Source: Cladosporium halotolerans
Taxonomy: Eukaryota
Direction of reading: 5' to 3'
DNA: 64,000 nucleotides
Assembly (NCBI RefSeq): GCF_011745625.1
Contig: NW_027191459.1
Span: 186,001 to 250,000 of the forward strand
Shown here: piece by piece, positions 1 to 11,186 of the stretch
Layout: each line of letters opens with the position of its first letter
Position numbering within the stretch: position 1 is the first letter of the stretch
The notes under the pieces: model-generated
Databases searched by the model: none
What the model saw: only the letters and a program-made list of their open reading frames with translations
What the model was told of the DNA's origin: nothing
Position numbers and translations under genes: made by a program

Positions 1-879
1 AGCAATGTCGATCTCCAGAGCTGCGGAGATCCAGAGAGGATATGTGAACCACGACTCATCGTATGTGGCTATCAAACTTTTCCAGATGAAGTAAGTTCGA
101 ACCACTCCAGCGATCGTGACGACGATGCCGGCAGAAAGCAGGAAGCAAACGCCGATGCGCTGTCTCAACGGCATTCGAAGACTCAACACGACCGGAATGG
201 GCAGAACGGTGCACAACAGGTCTGCAACACAGTTGACGACGCCTGCTGTCAGTGTGCTCACTCCTTCGTCCATGCATCTACCGTCAATGACGTTCGGAAA
301 CTGCCAGTATGCTTGGACTGGTCTAGATCGGATTGGTCAGACAATGTAAGCTCTATGAGTAGGTGCCGGATCTTAGACTTACACACATGCGAAGGTGCTC
401 AAGAATACAAAAGTTATGCACACGGCTATGTTGAAGGCGAGACTGAAGTGGAGAGCATAAAGATACCCGCGAATGTTCGTGTCCTTGATGAGGCGGTAGT
501 AGAGGAATATCAGCGACAATCTTGTAAAGCTCGCTGCGAACGTGAACATGATCTTGGCGGAGTAGGCGATGATGTTGGCGTTTTGTATCATGTCTGCCGG
601 GACATCCCATGTGTGTCTGTTCCAGCCGTATTGCCGGTTCGCCAGCAGCACAACAGCAGTCATGCCGACGGTAAAGACGTACGCCAGGACGATCATTGCA
701 TCGTCAATGCCACCTTGGCACTTGATGACAATCCGGGAGTACAGCCGCACGATGACCGAAAGGGTGACCAGGATGATAAAGACGATGTTGACGGCGAGCA
801 GAGCGCCTCCTCGTGTCTCAGGGTTTTCATAGTTCGGAGCAGGCCAGTCCAAGTAGACCTTGAGGGGGATCTCTCTCAT
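1..879 (-). CDS. PTH11-like (fungal rhodopsin-domain) integral membrane protein / GPCR-like receptor; 3' end runs off the window
   Basis: ATG at 879 (MREIPLKVYLDWPAPNYENPETRG). Hydrophobic helices with family-typical motifs (VRLYSRI, GGIDDAMI, YGWNRHTWDV, TRLSLIFLYYRL). Intron 382-323 (GTAAGT..CTGAC..TAG). Exon 2 continues PVQAYW..C..ADLLCTVLPIPVVLSLRMPLRQRIGV..EIDIA. No CFEM domain. Confidence 0.85.
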
Positions 880-3081
880 CGTGTCGAGCAATGGCAGTCC
901 TGGCCGGCCAGATAGTATCGCGAGTAAGAGTGAGGCGAACCAGACTCTCCAGAGGTCTGCAACGGTGGACAGCGGCGTTTATCCCGGGTCCCTGCCACCG
1001 CAGTGACTATCGTTTGCGTGCTGCAGTCGATGGGCTCGGTGATTGACGCTCAAGAACACAGGTCCTGAACGCAAAGGCAAACATGGATGGGAGGAACGTC
1101 GGGCCAAAGAGGATGCAGTAATGCGACAGTCGCGGCATGTGGAATGAATCGCTTATAATAGAACGCTTGGATGCCCATGATGCGGCGATGGCACAGTTGC
1201 CCGTTGACGGGCTGAGGCGCGCGCTATGGCGAAGACCCAGCGACCCGTCGCACATCACACGCTAAGATCGGATTGCGCGTCCTAGCACTCGCAGCCAGTA
1301 CCACCTGGGTAAGAAGATGAGGAGGTTGGTCAGGTAGATGTTTGGTACTTCAGACGCGATTGACTTCGACGTTATGCTGATCGATGCCGCGGCGGTTCGA
1401 AAAGATGCTGTATCCAGAAAGGAACGTAGTCGACATCACTCCAGTCACGGTATGCATGCGTGCCGACAACCGCATCAGCAGTGGTTGGCCTACGGCCGGA
1501 TGTGGCTCCATCGCCGCAGGGGTCCACCTCGTCAGGACGTTTCAAGGGCGTATGAGTCGTGGAGACGGTCCGCGGAGGGTCAGGTGAAGTAAATCAGCGA
1601 CAGGCCCACAGCTGAGGCAGTAGTCAGCGAGACGTGCAGAGCCTGGCCCTGGCGCCAGGACAGTCGATAGCGTGGACGTCGCACGAGGCTGACGCCGGCG
1701 TGCCTAGTGCCGCCCGTTGGGGCAAGAAGACGGCCGGCAGGGAGGACCGGGAGGATCGCGTCTCGTATGTGAGGCTCAGCGAGTGCGCAGTCTGATACTT
1801 GCCGTGGCAGTCGTGCGCAGATGCCGTGCGCTACTGTAGATGAGATGCGAGAGGAACCGGGTCACGGGGTGGTGGGAATGCGAGCCCTCACTCCTTCTTT
1901 CCGGAGGATCAGCACCAGGGACGCACGATGATCTGCCGGGCCGTGCCTCGTTCTCCACCACCACACCTACCGACGAGGATTTGTAAGGCTGCGCAATTGT
2001 TGTACTAATAATCCTATGCCGTTAGTCTTCTGTAGCCGAGGTGTTTGCCGGTCACATATCTGCCGATAGGATGTGATCGAGCTAGATGTGTGCTCGGGGG
2101 ACGCCTGGCGTGCCGCTTGTACCCGAGCACAGTTGGCCGGTCTGGTGGAAGTGGAATAAAGAGAAATTTGGCAGAGAGGTGGACTAAGGGTTATTAAGCA
2201 AGGTTGATACGATAATCTGGCATCATGCGATGACTGCAATCGATCGTTATCAAACTATTCCGAGCCCTAACCACTCCGAAACTGCATGCCTAGATGTGAC
2301 GTTCCTAGCCCTAGGAATACATGCACGCGTATAAACCTTTTAGCAGCGCTCAGTAGGGCAGTCATATCAAAGTGATGTCTATGCCTTACTGCCTCCATTT
2401 ATCGCTAGACAAAAGGACCTGCCCTCGCGGCACCCGCCAATCTGAACATCTCCTTTCTAGGACAACGCGAATCGTGCTGCTCGTATGCACGTCCTTCCAA
2501 CTCCACGATTGCATTCCAAACTTTCGTCGAGCAATCGCAACCGTACCTGCCGACAACGGCTTAAACGGCAAAGCTGGTGTGCAAACACGACTGGGTTCCC
2601 CCACCCTCGGACGACCTAGCCCTAAGTGAAATGTTACATGACACAAACCGCCGCTAGGATCTGGCCGTGAAGACTCGTGTCGAGCACATCTTTCGTGAGA
2701 AATCAAAACTTCTCACGGGACAACCCGACAGAACTATTGTCCCGCTAACATATCACATCTGATAAGTGCCTGTATCGAGTCATGGAAAACCTTCTCAATC
2801 CATCTCCACGTGGCGCAGAACCCGTCAGCATGGCAAGAAGGATGAATCCTGCCGCTACTGTAGAGTCAACCTTTGCTCTTCCCGGCAACACTGCAGGAAT
2901 GTGGCGCCCACGTGCATTACATTGATGAGTCTCCGCACATTTCAACCCGCGAAGAATCCGGGTCCTTGGGACCCCTCCGTGCCGTGGCGCTCGGCCGGTA
3001 TGAAGGTCCATCGTCCCGCAAAACTGATCGCTATTGAGTCAGGAATCGCGCCGAGTGGGAGATTAAGATCCCACGGGTCGC

Positions 3082-3469
3082 TTATAAAGCCGGCAGGTTG
3101 CGTCCCGGCGGGCCCAGCTCCAGGCCTCTTCCGATGGCAGAGTAGGAGTGGCTCTGGTTGAGGCCGGTGTGTTGCGTGGCGCCAGACTCGTTTCTAGGGG
3201 TTTTGTGAGTTTTGTAGTACCGTAGTAGGTTGCTCACTGTGGCTTTGGCCGCGGACGGTGTTTTGCGTGGCGCCAGACTCACCTTAGATCCCTTGTGGTA
3301 CCACATTGGGTTGCCCACTATTGCCCTGGCCAAGGACGGTATTCTGCGCGGCGCCGGAGTAATCTCCAGAACCTTCACGGCGACGCCGTATAGTACACCT
3401 AGGCACGCGCTAGGGTACCTTACCATCTGTGGCTCAGCGACGGACTCACCGCCTTAGTCGAGTGTCCAT
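3082..3469 (-). pseudogene. Probable degraded orphan gene encoding a tandem ~27-aa repeat (SGA[TA]Q[NH]T...[GN]Q..S)
   Basis: ATG at 3469 and a 51-nt GTGAGT..TAG intron (3449-3399) lead into the frame SGAAQNTVLGQGNSGQPNVVPQGI*GESGATQNTVRGQSHSEQPTTVLQNSQNP*. After a frameshift it reads NESGATQHTGLNQSHS. The in-frame stops are TAA/TAG (one C->T from Gln codons). No recognisable family. Confidence 0.35.
3160..3370. repeat. Diverged tandem repeat, about 2.5 copies, period 81 nt (91 nt for the first interval)
   Basis: 3212-3277 vs 3293-3358 align without gaps: 50/66 identical, and 13 of 16 differences are transitions. The core TTGCGTGGCGCCAGACTC also recurs at 3172-3189. Confidence 0.85.
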
Positions 3470-3826
3470 GTTCTTGAATCATCACAGATAATACACCTCG
3501 AGGGTGCTCGACGGTAAGACGGACGTCATTGCTAACGGCAGCTCAAATGTAGTACTAAGGTATGTATCACGTCAAAGAATCTCCCTTCGTTGCTACTAGA
3601 ACTACCTCCTGCACATTATCACATAACCATATCGTATCAGCGGAAATCCATCGATATGTGCTAAAGTGCTAAAGTATACTCGTACACTCGCATAAGCGCT
3701 ACAATCCCCCCTGCAACAGGAGGACTCTATACTAGCTGTTCAAACGGACAACAACAGAAAAAGAAATCATGAAACCTCCGCGCCTCCTCTCCCTCTCCAG
3801 CTCATCCGTCGGTCCCAGCCGCCACT

Positions 3827-6800
3827 TTAATCATCATCCGACTCCGGATCCGAAGGGGCGTCGCTCTACTCCTCCCTCTCAGCGTCCTCATCGTCGACCT
3901 CAAACTCATCCGGCACCGGCGCCTCCTCGCCGCCGTCGTCGTCCTCATCAACAGCGTTCAGAACGCCCGCGGCGGCCGCGGCGCCAGCGCCGGCGCCGAA
4001 CCCGCCGGGCGTCACGGGCGCGAAGTCGGGCATGGCGGAGTCGAAGCCGCTGCTTGCGCCTGCGCCGCCGAGCTGCTGGCCGGGGGTCGGGGCGGAGGCG
4101 GTGGTCTTCTTACGGGCTTTGAGCTCGAGGAGGGATTTGGGCTCTGTGGGCTGGGTGTCTTCGACGAGGACGACGCCGCCGGTGGGCTGGGAAGGTGTTA
4201 GTGGTGGATTCTTTGGAGGGGGAAAGGAGTGTTGGTGCAGAGACGCTTACCTTCTTAACGGGCTGGTATCGGCCCTCGCTGGGGAAAGAGATCCAGCGGA
4301 CCTGCGCGGGCAGGACGCGGCTCATGTTCTCCAGCTCGTAGCCCGCCTTCTCCTTGAGCAGCTTGGCCTTGGGCGAGACCTCCTTCTCCTTCTCCTCGGG
4401 CTTGGACGTGTCGACGACGTTGTCCTCGTCCATCTTGTCGCCGGCGTCGGCGTCGGGCTTGGGTGTCGTCGGCTGGTCGATGTCCATGCTCTCGCGGCGG
4501 TTCTGGCGGTCCTTGGCGATCTTTCTGCGCTTCGCTTGCGCGGTCGTGGACAGCACGGCGGTCTTGACCTTCTCTGGCGCCTCCTCGGCCTTGACCTCCT
4601 GCTCGGGCGGGTAGTCGAACATGCTGGGCTTGGTGTTCGAGTGGAACTTGAAGCTAGGCACTTCGAGGTTCTGGTCGATACCGATGATTGCTGTGGGGGT
4701 GAAGGAGAGGGCGAGGAAGTGTGTGAGAGGGAACCAGTACCAGTATTGCGTGAAGATAGCCATGCCGACAATGGCGGCCATGTTGAGGTTGCCGGTAGGT
4801 GTCTGAAGGCCAATGGTGGCGTTCCTGCCGCCAGCATCGATAATGCCGAGGGCGAGGCCAGCGCCGAACTTGGCCATCGCGTCCTCATGGCGGTCGCTGA
4901 CGGCTTTCTGAAGCTGCTTGCGGATAGAAGCAACCTTCGGGTTCTGAGTCTCGTTGACCTGGATCATCACCATGGAGACAGCGACGAAAGCACCCTGCCT
5001 GACGAAGTCGACCGAGTCCTTCATCATGGGCTCAAGCAGGTCAATAGCCTCATCGAGACCAGTGCCGGCGCATGCGATACCGAGAGCCATGGTGGCACCG
5101 TAACGCACGTGAGGGTTGTAGCTCTCGGACAGAAGCTCAACCATGCGAGGCACAGCGCTGGGCTTGCGGAAGAGGACAAAACCCAAGCTCATGACAGCAC
5201 TCCTCCGCACGTCATCGCTAACATCACTGACAGCGACATGCAGCAGTTTGCGAACAGCCTTGTTGCTGCTGGTACCACAGTAGGCGAGAGCGAGAGTCAT
5301 GATGCCTCCGTAGCGGAGGGCAGAGTCTGCGTCGTCCAACAAGCCGTTGATGAGCTCGTCGGCGCCTTCCTGGCGACCGTACATGATGAGAGCCATACCC
5401 ATGGCCAGACCACGCACAATCTTCTCGTGCTGGGTCTCGTGGGCGTACTGGATCATGTCGTCGAGCGCCTTGACGTTGCCGGTGCCAAGCATGACAAGAC
5501 CCATAGCAAGGCCGACTGCCTCACCGTTGATGGCGGAGTCGGTGTAAAGCACGTTCTTGAGCTCCTCATAGATCTCATCAGAGCCGGTAGCCATGCCAGC
5601 AACACCGAGACCCAGAGCACCACCGTGCTGGACGACCTCCTCTTGAGTAGATTTGAATTGCTCGCGAAGATAGTCCAGGACATGAGTACCGTGGTTAGCG
5701 TAGATAAGACCAAGAGCGTAGAGAGAGCCACCCTGGCTGTAAGAGCTTCCAGCGCCCGCAGCTCCATTTGCTCTCGGGAGGTAAGGCTCCAAAAGCTTCT
5801 GGCCCTGACCGAGGTTACCACGGTGGATCACACCAAGAGCTGCAGTAGCAGTGAATTTCGACCAGTTGACGGCCTTGCCGAGCCACTCCAGGTTCTCGCG
5901 GAAGAAACTGTCGATAGTCGTTCCAGCGTGCATGAAAGCGTTCGCGAATGTCACGGAGGTGTGGAAAATACTGTTGCGAGCTTCCAAAGAGTCCCTCACC
6001 TTATTCAGGATCGCCTTGTCGGTCCTGCTGTTCCTAAACAGGAATTCCAGGTTCAAGTCAATGCTCTTGGTTCCGCGCAGAATATCCCGAACGGAGTCAA
6101 ACGCCTTTTTCTGGTCATCGGACTCCAGTTTAGGCTTTGTTCTTGAAGTGACGACGGTCTTCTGAGCCTTGCTTGCGCTTTGGTTGAGCTCAGTGAGTAG
6201 CTGGCTCGATTCCTCGGCGTTCTCATCTTCGTTGGCGCGAGGTGTCGAAGGTGCAGCAGATTCACCGTTTGTCTTAGACTCCTCAGCACTCTCGTCCTCC
6301 GGTAGCTCTTCCATAACTTTCTGCAGGAACTCCTGTGTTCCGTTTTCGTAGAGGTCGAAGGAAAGCTGGTAAGCTACAGCAAGCGACTTGCCATCTCCCT
6401 TCGAAATCAACTGCTTGATCATATTCGATGCCATCGTGTGCTGGTCGAGATACACAACGCAGCGAGCAATCGCGAAGTAGTCGGGATTCGGGATCTCGTT
6501 GAGAAGTTCCAGGATCAGGCGCAGGATCTCGTTACGCAAGCCACGCTCCTGGACCACGTTCATGCAAATATCCAGAATGTACTCAAGGAGCTCGAAAGTC
6601 TGCCCAGAAGCGCCCTGCTTGGCCTTGCCCTTCTCCTCCTGGCTAGATTTCTCAATGGCTTCACGGAGTACTTCCATGTTGCGAGCCTCAACCGCGATCC
6701 CCACAACCTGCTTGTACTCGCCCTCCTCATAGCATGATTCGAAGATGCGACGAATAACAGTCTGGAGGTTCTTCTTAACCGTGGTGGACAAGGTCAAGGG

Positions 6801-7520
6801 GTGAGGGTGCGCGCCTGCCACGCCAGCGTTGCCACCACCCGGGGCACTTGAATCCCAGGTGTTGGCAAAATCTCTTGAGAGCAGAGACTTGCTGGGCAGC
6901 GTAGACTGCGAGAAAGGTGTCGTCGGGCTGGTTGTGGAAACAGCGGCCGCTGTTGAGCCCTTGGCCCCGGTGAAGGTGTCGTTGAACTCGGCATTGCCGG
7001 ATGCTGTCTTGGATGCGGGAGTCGGAGGGTTGTGCATGGCACAGAGCGCAATGTAGGTGTCGATGCATTTCGCAATGATAGTCTCCTCGTACTCGGCAGG
7101 GTCGTCGATCTCGAAGAGGTCGCCAGCGCCAAGAGCAAATACCATGGACTCGTTGTACTCTTGCAGCTGGTAGTAGACCTTGGAGAGAAGGAGCGCAGCA
7201 AGACGGCGGTGGCTAAAGCTCTCATCTTCGTAAAGAGATTCTCTGTGATGAACTAGTCAGCGTGCTGTCCAAACAAGGTGATTCACCTGAGTATCGAGCG
7301 CTTGAGCCGCAGTGTGTAAAACAGGCGAGAGTGCCGTTTCTTAACAACAACAGCTATGCGAGCATTTAAAAAGCACGTACATTTGTCCAATGGAGCCAGA
7401 AACCTCAGTCCAGACGCTGTCAATCTCATCGTTGAGCCTCTCGAGCGCGAAAGCCTGCAGGGTTGGGTCCGGCTCAGACAGGAAGCCCACCAGACCCGCA
7501 GCAGATGTGAGAGCCGGCAT
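3827..7520 (-). CDS. RPN2: 26S proteasome regulatory particle subunit Rpn2
   Basis: Starts MPALTSAAGLVGFLSEPD. PC repeats and conserved segments (NWSKFTATAALGVIHRGN, SDDVRRSAVMSLGF, SYNPHVRYG, IIDAGGRN, QYWYWFPLTHF). Introns 7380-7243 and 4250-4187. Acidic tail ends at TAA 3829-3827. Confidence 0.97.
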
Positions 7521-8510
7521 TATGGGATTTGAAAGCTGCCTCGCTCCGTCTCTTGCAGATGTATGATCGCGTGCCAGGTGAGCTCAGTGGCGATGGAGTG
7601 TTTCAAGGTCGAGGAGGCTGCTGTCTGGCGATCCAGTTCCGGCTGCTGTCGGGGCCGTGGATGCGTGAGAACTGCCTGTGCGGTAGGGAATGACAGACAG
7701 AAGGCGGACGTGCGGGAGAGGGTGTTGGTCGCGGTGATGGTTGATGGGGTGGAGGGAGTGCAGGTGGTGGTGTCGCTGACGAACAGCCAGGCCGAGCAGC
7801 CCAGAGCAGCAGCACGGACGAGCGAACACAACGCGCATCATCGGGCATGACGGCCGCCACAGCCAGCCGGCCAGCACGGCCACACCCGCCGACTCAAGCA
7901 ACGAGGCACGAGAGCCCGCCGCCGGACTAATGCACGCGACTTCACTTACACCCTAAAGCACGTGCGGGCATCTTCCTCTCGAGAGCTCGCCACACCTCTC
8001 TGTGGCCATTCCGGCTGTCTGTAGTTCCCAACTGTCTGTCTGCAGCGCATCCCGCGCTCCGCTGCTGCTGGCGGGCAGGCCGAAGCGTCCACGTCGCAGC
8101 TGCAGTGCCAAGCTCGCCGCAACGGTAGACAGGCGTTTCATGCGCATGTCCCGTAGGATTCCATTCACATCCACCACGTCTTGGCCACCATCGCCGCTAC
8201 TGTTCCTGTACAATACCTTCCGTGTCCAAGGCCCCTGCTAATCGTCGCCTTGTTCGTAGCTCCCGCGCGCACGTAGCGCCATTGCGAGCCACTCCGAGGG
8301 GCTGACCACCGCCGCCCAACCTAGCTCCCTACAAACGGACGAGACGAGCGCGCACTTTCCGGGAGTACCTTGCGCGCACCTGTCAACTGTGCTCCTCCGC
8401 CCACGATCGGACTGGATGTTGTGAGATTATCGCAGCGCACCGTTGTCGGCGCATGCGGCAAGCAGGAATGAGAACAAGAGCCAGGATAAACATCGAATAG
8501 TCGGCGCAAC

Positions 8511-11186
8511 ATGGATCTCTCGTCGGTGCTTAACACAAACTCGGCGCCTGAGCCTAAACCTCCTCAGAGCTCGTCGCCTGCTGCTCAGCGGCAATCGCAT
8601 CCTCCATCCTTTGCTCCGCCGCCAGGCGCAAATGGCCCTCCAGCATCCTTCTCCCAGCATCCCTCCCATCAGAGCACTCCGCAGTATGCGCCGCCGCTAC
8701 ATGAACACAGATCGCCCACTGGGTCGATAGGTTTCCATAGTAAGGGCGCGACACCACTGCATGCGCCTTCAAACGCCGCGCCTGGACAGTATCCATTCCC
8801 GCAACACGCGTCGCAAAGTCCCGTGGCAACCCATCCTAGCCAGCAATACCCACAGTATGGCGGACACTCTTCAGCAACGCCTGGCAGTCGGCCCATGAGT
8901 CATGGATACCAGCAACAGCCTCCGACGCCGTCCCAGATGCCACCAGGTGGTGTGCCTCCAGGCTTCCCACAATACTCGTCCTCCCATTCTCCTACGCCTC
9001 CATCGCATCATACGCAGACGCCGCATTCTGTCCGCCAGAGCCCCCTAAATACATTTGCCCATCCTCCGCAACCTCCATCGGCTCAGCAACACCATTACCA
9101 ACACTCCCAACCTAGTACACCCCTCGGTCCACCTTCACTGCAGTATCAACGCACCTCCGGACATGGCAGCCATGCTGAAGTCTTCAGTCCAAGCCATCAT
9201 CGCAATTTTTCCGGAGCATCGAATGGAATGGCCGCGGGATCGCCTGCCCAACATCAACCTAGCGTAGGCAACTTGATCGACTCGCCAAGTGCCTATAGCC
9301 GACAGTCGCCGCAGGTGCGAAGAACGAGTGATTACCTTAGCCAAGGAGAGCGCGAACGCAGCCTGTCTGTTAGTCCCAAGACAAAGGTGGTTCCGCGCCT
9401 CCCTTCTCATGGATCACGACAAAGCAGCGTGAACGAGGGCTACAGTGCGCGCACCTCCAGTCACCCGCAGCCATATGAAGCACAAAGTCACGTGCAATCC
9501 CCGGTCGCGGGGCGCCAGATAGGTGTGGCGCAGTCCTCATTCGTTAATTCAGCGAGCGATGTAACACAAATGGGCTCACGGTCATCCCAAGTGTCGTATT
9601 CAGATGCGCCGAGCCAACCCGCTCCTCAGACTCCTTTGTTCTCGAACGCGGCTCATCCGCAGCACCAAAATCAAAAGATGGGGATGGATAACCTCCTGAC
9701 CCCATCTCAAGAGGTTCCGTCGTCAGATAGAAGCAGCACAACTGCTCGGAACCACAGCATTGATGCAAGGTCAAGCGCGGTCGCGCAATCACCACGCTAT
9801 ATGGATGTCAAGCAGGAGCCAGCATCACATGCTCTCTTACAGCAGCCAGTGCAGCCAGCTATGAGGAGCGTGTCGAATGGCGATTTTGACCAGAAGTCAA
9901 CAGATTCTCGTAAACGCCCAGCTGATCACGAGCCGGTATCGGAGCCGCCAACAAAACGTGAGAAGAAGCGGAAGTATGCTGAAAGGCCGATCTGGGCTAC
10001 ACTTGCGAGATCCAACCCGAGGTTCGACGGCGCGAACGGTCTTAATGGACAGAATGGCAGACCGCCCCCTCGTCAACAGCAGCAACAACTCCACCATCAA
10101 CAGCAAGCTCGGTCAACACCACAACTCGCAAGGGCACCTCATCCTCATCAACGAGCAAATGGACACCCACAGACCAACGGCGCACCGGTTCCAGCTGAGC
10201 CATGGCTGCAGGATCCGCCACTGGACACTGACCTTATTCGAGCTCGCTCTGTTTTAGGGCCGTGGGAAAAGACCTTCAAGTATAACACACCGATTCCCTC
10301 AATGCTGAGGGTCGTGCAAGACTGGTTCTGGTCGCTGCTTGAGCAGCACGCAGATATCGGAACTGACCCTCGCACTGGTACTATTGAGATTGAAGCGAAG
10401 ATTGGCACACTGGTGCGTTCTGGAGAGCGCGACAGAGCGCAGGGACCACTCATGAGTGTCGGCGTTCTTCATCCGAGTCTGAACAGTCAATACCGCTTCG
10501 AGAGTCGGATGGAAGAGGTAAGCGTCATCCCACTGCAACCTGCAGGCAAATCAATGCTGACATTACTACAGCCCGAGCACGAAGCTATGAACAAATTCCT
10601 CAACTCCACAGCCCAAGCCTCCATGGCCCCCGGCCGCGTACATATGCAGTACGAACACCTCTACCAAACCGACACCTTCGCCACCCTCTCCCCCGCCGGC
10701 CTGGCCGCCCTCCCACCGATCGTGCAGCGTAAGCCCCTGCACGGCCGCGAGCTCCGCCTGCGCACGACACGCAACACGAAAACCAAGCAGGTGATCGCGC
10801 ACATCATCAAAGTGCCCCTCGGCGACCTGCACATCCAGAACCCGGGTGAGCCCTACGACTGCCGCATCTCCATGAACCTCGAAGTCAACCTCGACCGCCC
10901 GGACCTGCGCCTCGAGGACCTCGTCGAACCGCCTGCGCACGACAAGCCCCCGCCGCCCGAGCGCAGGAAGGACCGCCTGAGCTATAAGCACCTCGCGTAC
11001 TCGGTCGATCTGACCAAGGTCGAGAGCGCGGGCGTCCCGCCTAAGTACGAGCTGGAGCTCGAGGTGGACGCGAATGTGCTGCGGGCGCAGATCGCGCGCG
11101 TCAAGAAGGGCCAGGAGTCGGCGTATGGGGATGTTGTTAGTGGGTTCTTGGATAATGCGACATTCTTGATGAGGCAGGCGCCTTAA
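8511..11186 (+). CDS. CET1: mRNA 5'-triphosphatase (capping enzyme beta subunit, CYTH/triphosphate tunnel fold) with a long P/Q/S/H-rich N-terminus
   Basis: Motif A IEIEAKIG, RLRTT, YDCRISMNLE, RRKDRLSYKH, VDLTKV, motif C YELELEV. In-frame 54-nt intron 10518-10571 (GTAAGC..GCTGAC..CAG). Confidence 0.93.
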   Translation: MDLSSVLNTNSAPEPKPPQSSSPAAQRQSHPPSFAPPPGANGPPASFSQHPSHQSTPQYAPPLHEHRSPTGSIGFHSKGATPLHAPSNAAPGQYPFPQHASQSPVATHPSQQYPQYGGHSSATPGSRPMSHGYQQQPPTPSQMPPGGVPPGFPQYSSSHSPTPPSHHTQTPHSVRQSPLNTFAHPPQPPSAQQHHYQHSQPSTPLGPPSLQYQRTSGHGSHAEVFSPSHHRNFSGASNGMAAGSPAQHQPSVGNLIDSPSAYSRQSPQVRRTSDYLSQGERERSLSVSPKTKVVPRLPSHGSRQSSVNEGYSARTSSHPQPYEAQSHVQSPVAGRQIGVAQSSFVNSASDVTQMGSRSSQVSYSDAPSQPAPQTPLFSNAAHPQHQNQKMGMDNLLTPSQEVPSSDRSSTTARNHSIDARSSAVAQSPRYMDVKQEPASHALLQQPVQPAMRSVSNGDFDQKSTDSRKRPADHEPVSEPPTKREKKRKYAERPIWATLARSNPRFDGANGLNGQNGRPPPRQQQQQLHHQQQARSTPQLARAPHPHQRANGHPQTNGAPVPAEPWLQDPPLDTDLIRARSVLGPWEKTFKYNTPIPSMLRVVQDWFWSLLEQHADIGTDPRTGTIEIEAKIGTLVRSGERDRAQGPLMSVGVLHPSLNSQYRFESRMEEVSVIPLQPAGKSMLTLLQPEHEAMNKFLNSTAQASMAPGRVHMQYEHLYQTDTFATLSPAGLAALPPIVQRKPLHGRELRLRTTRNTKTKQVIAHIIKVPLGDLHIQNPGEPYDCRISMNLEVNLDRPDLRLEDLVEPPAHDKPPPPERRKDRLSYKHLAYSVDLTKVESAGVPPKYELELEVDANVLRAQIARVKKGQESAYGDVVSGFLDNATFLMRQAP

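Noticed and set aside
3160..3370. CRISPR-like spaced repeats
   Set aside because: The intervening sequence is also homologous between copies (a tandem duplication), the context is eukaryotic, and there are no cas genes.
4032..6146. 704-aa plus-strand ORF antisense to RPN2 (similar shadow ORFs at 26486-27376, 34265-35359, 48707-50179 and 59846-60946)
   Set aside because: These are codon-register mirrors of real genes; high GC3 removes antisense stops, and none has a recognisable domain.
7521..8510. Rpn4/PACE element (GGTGGCAAA) expected upstream of RPN2
   Set aside because: Only partial GCCAC/GTGGC cores were seen and no full match, so it was not called.
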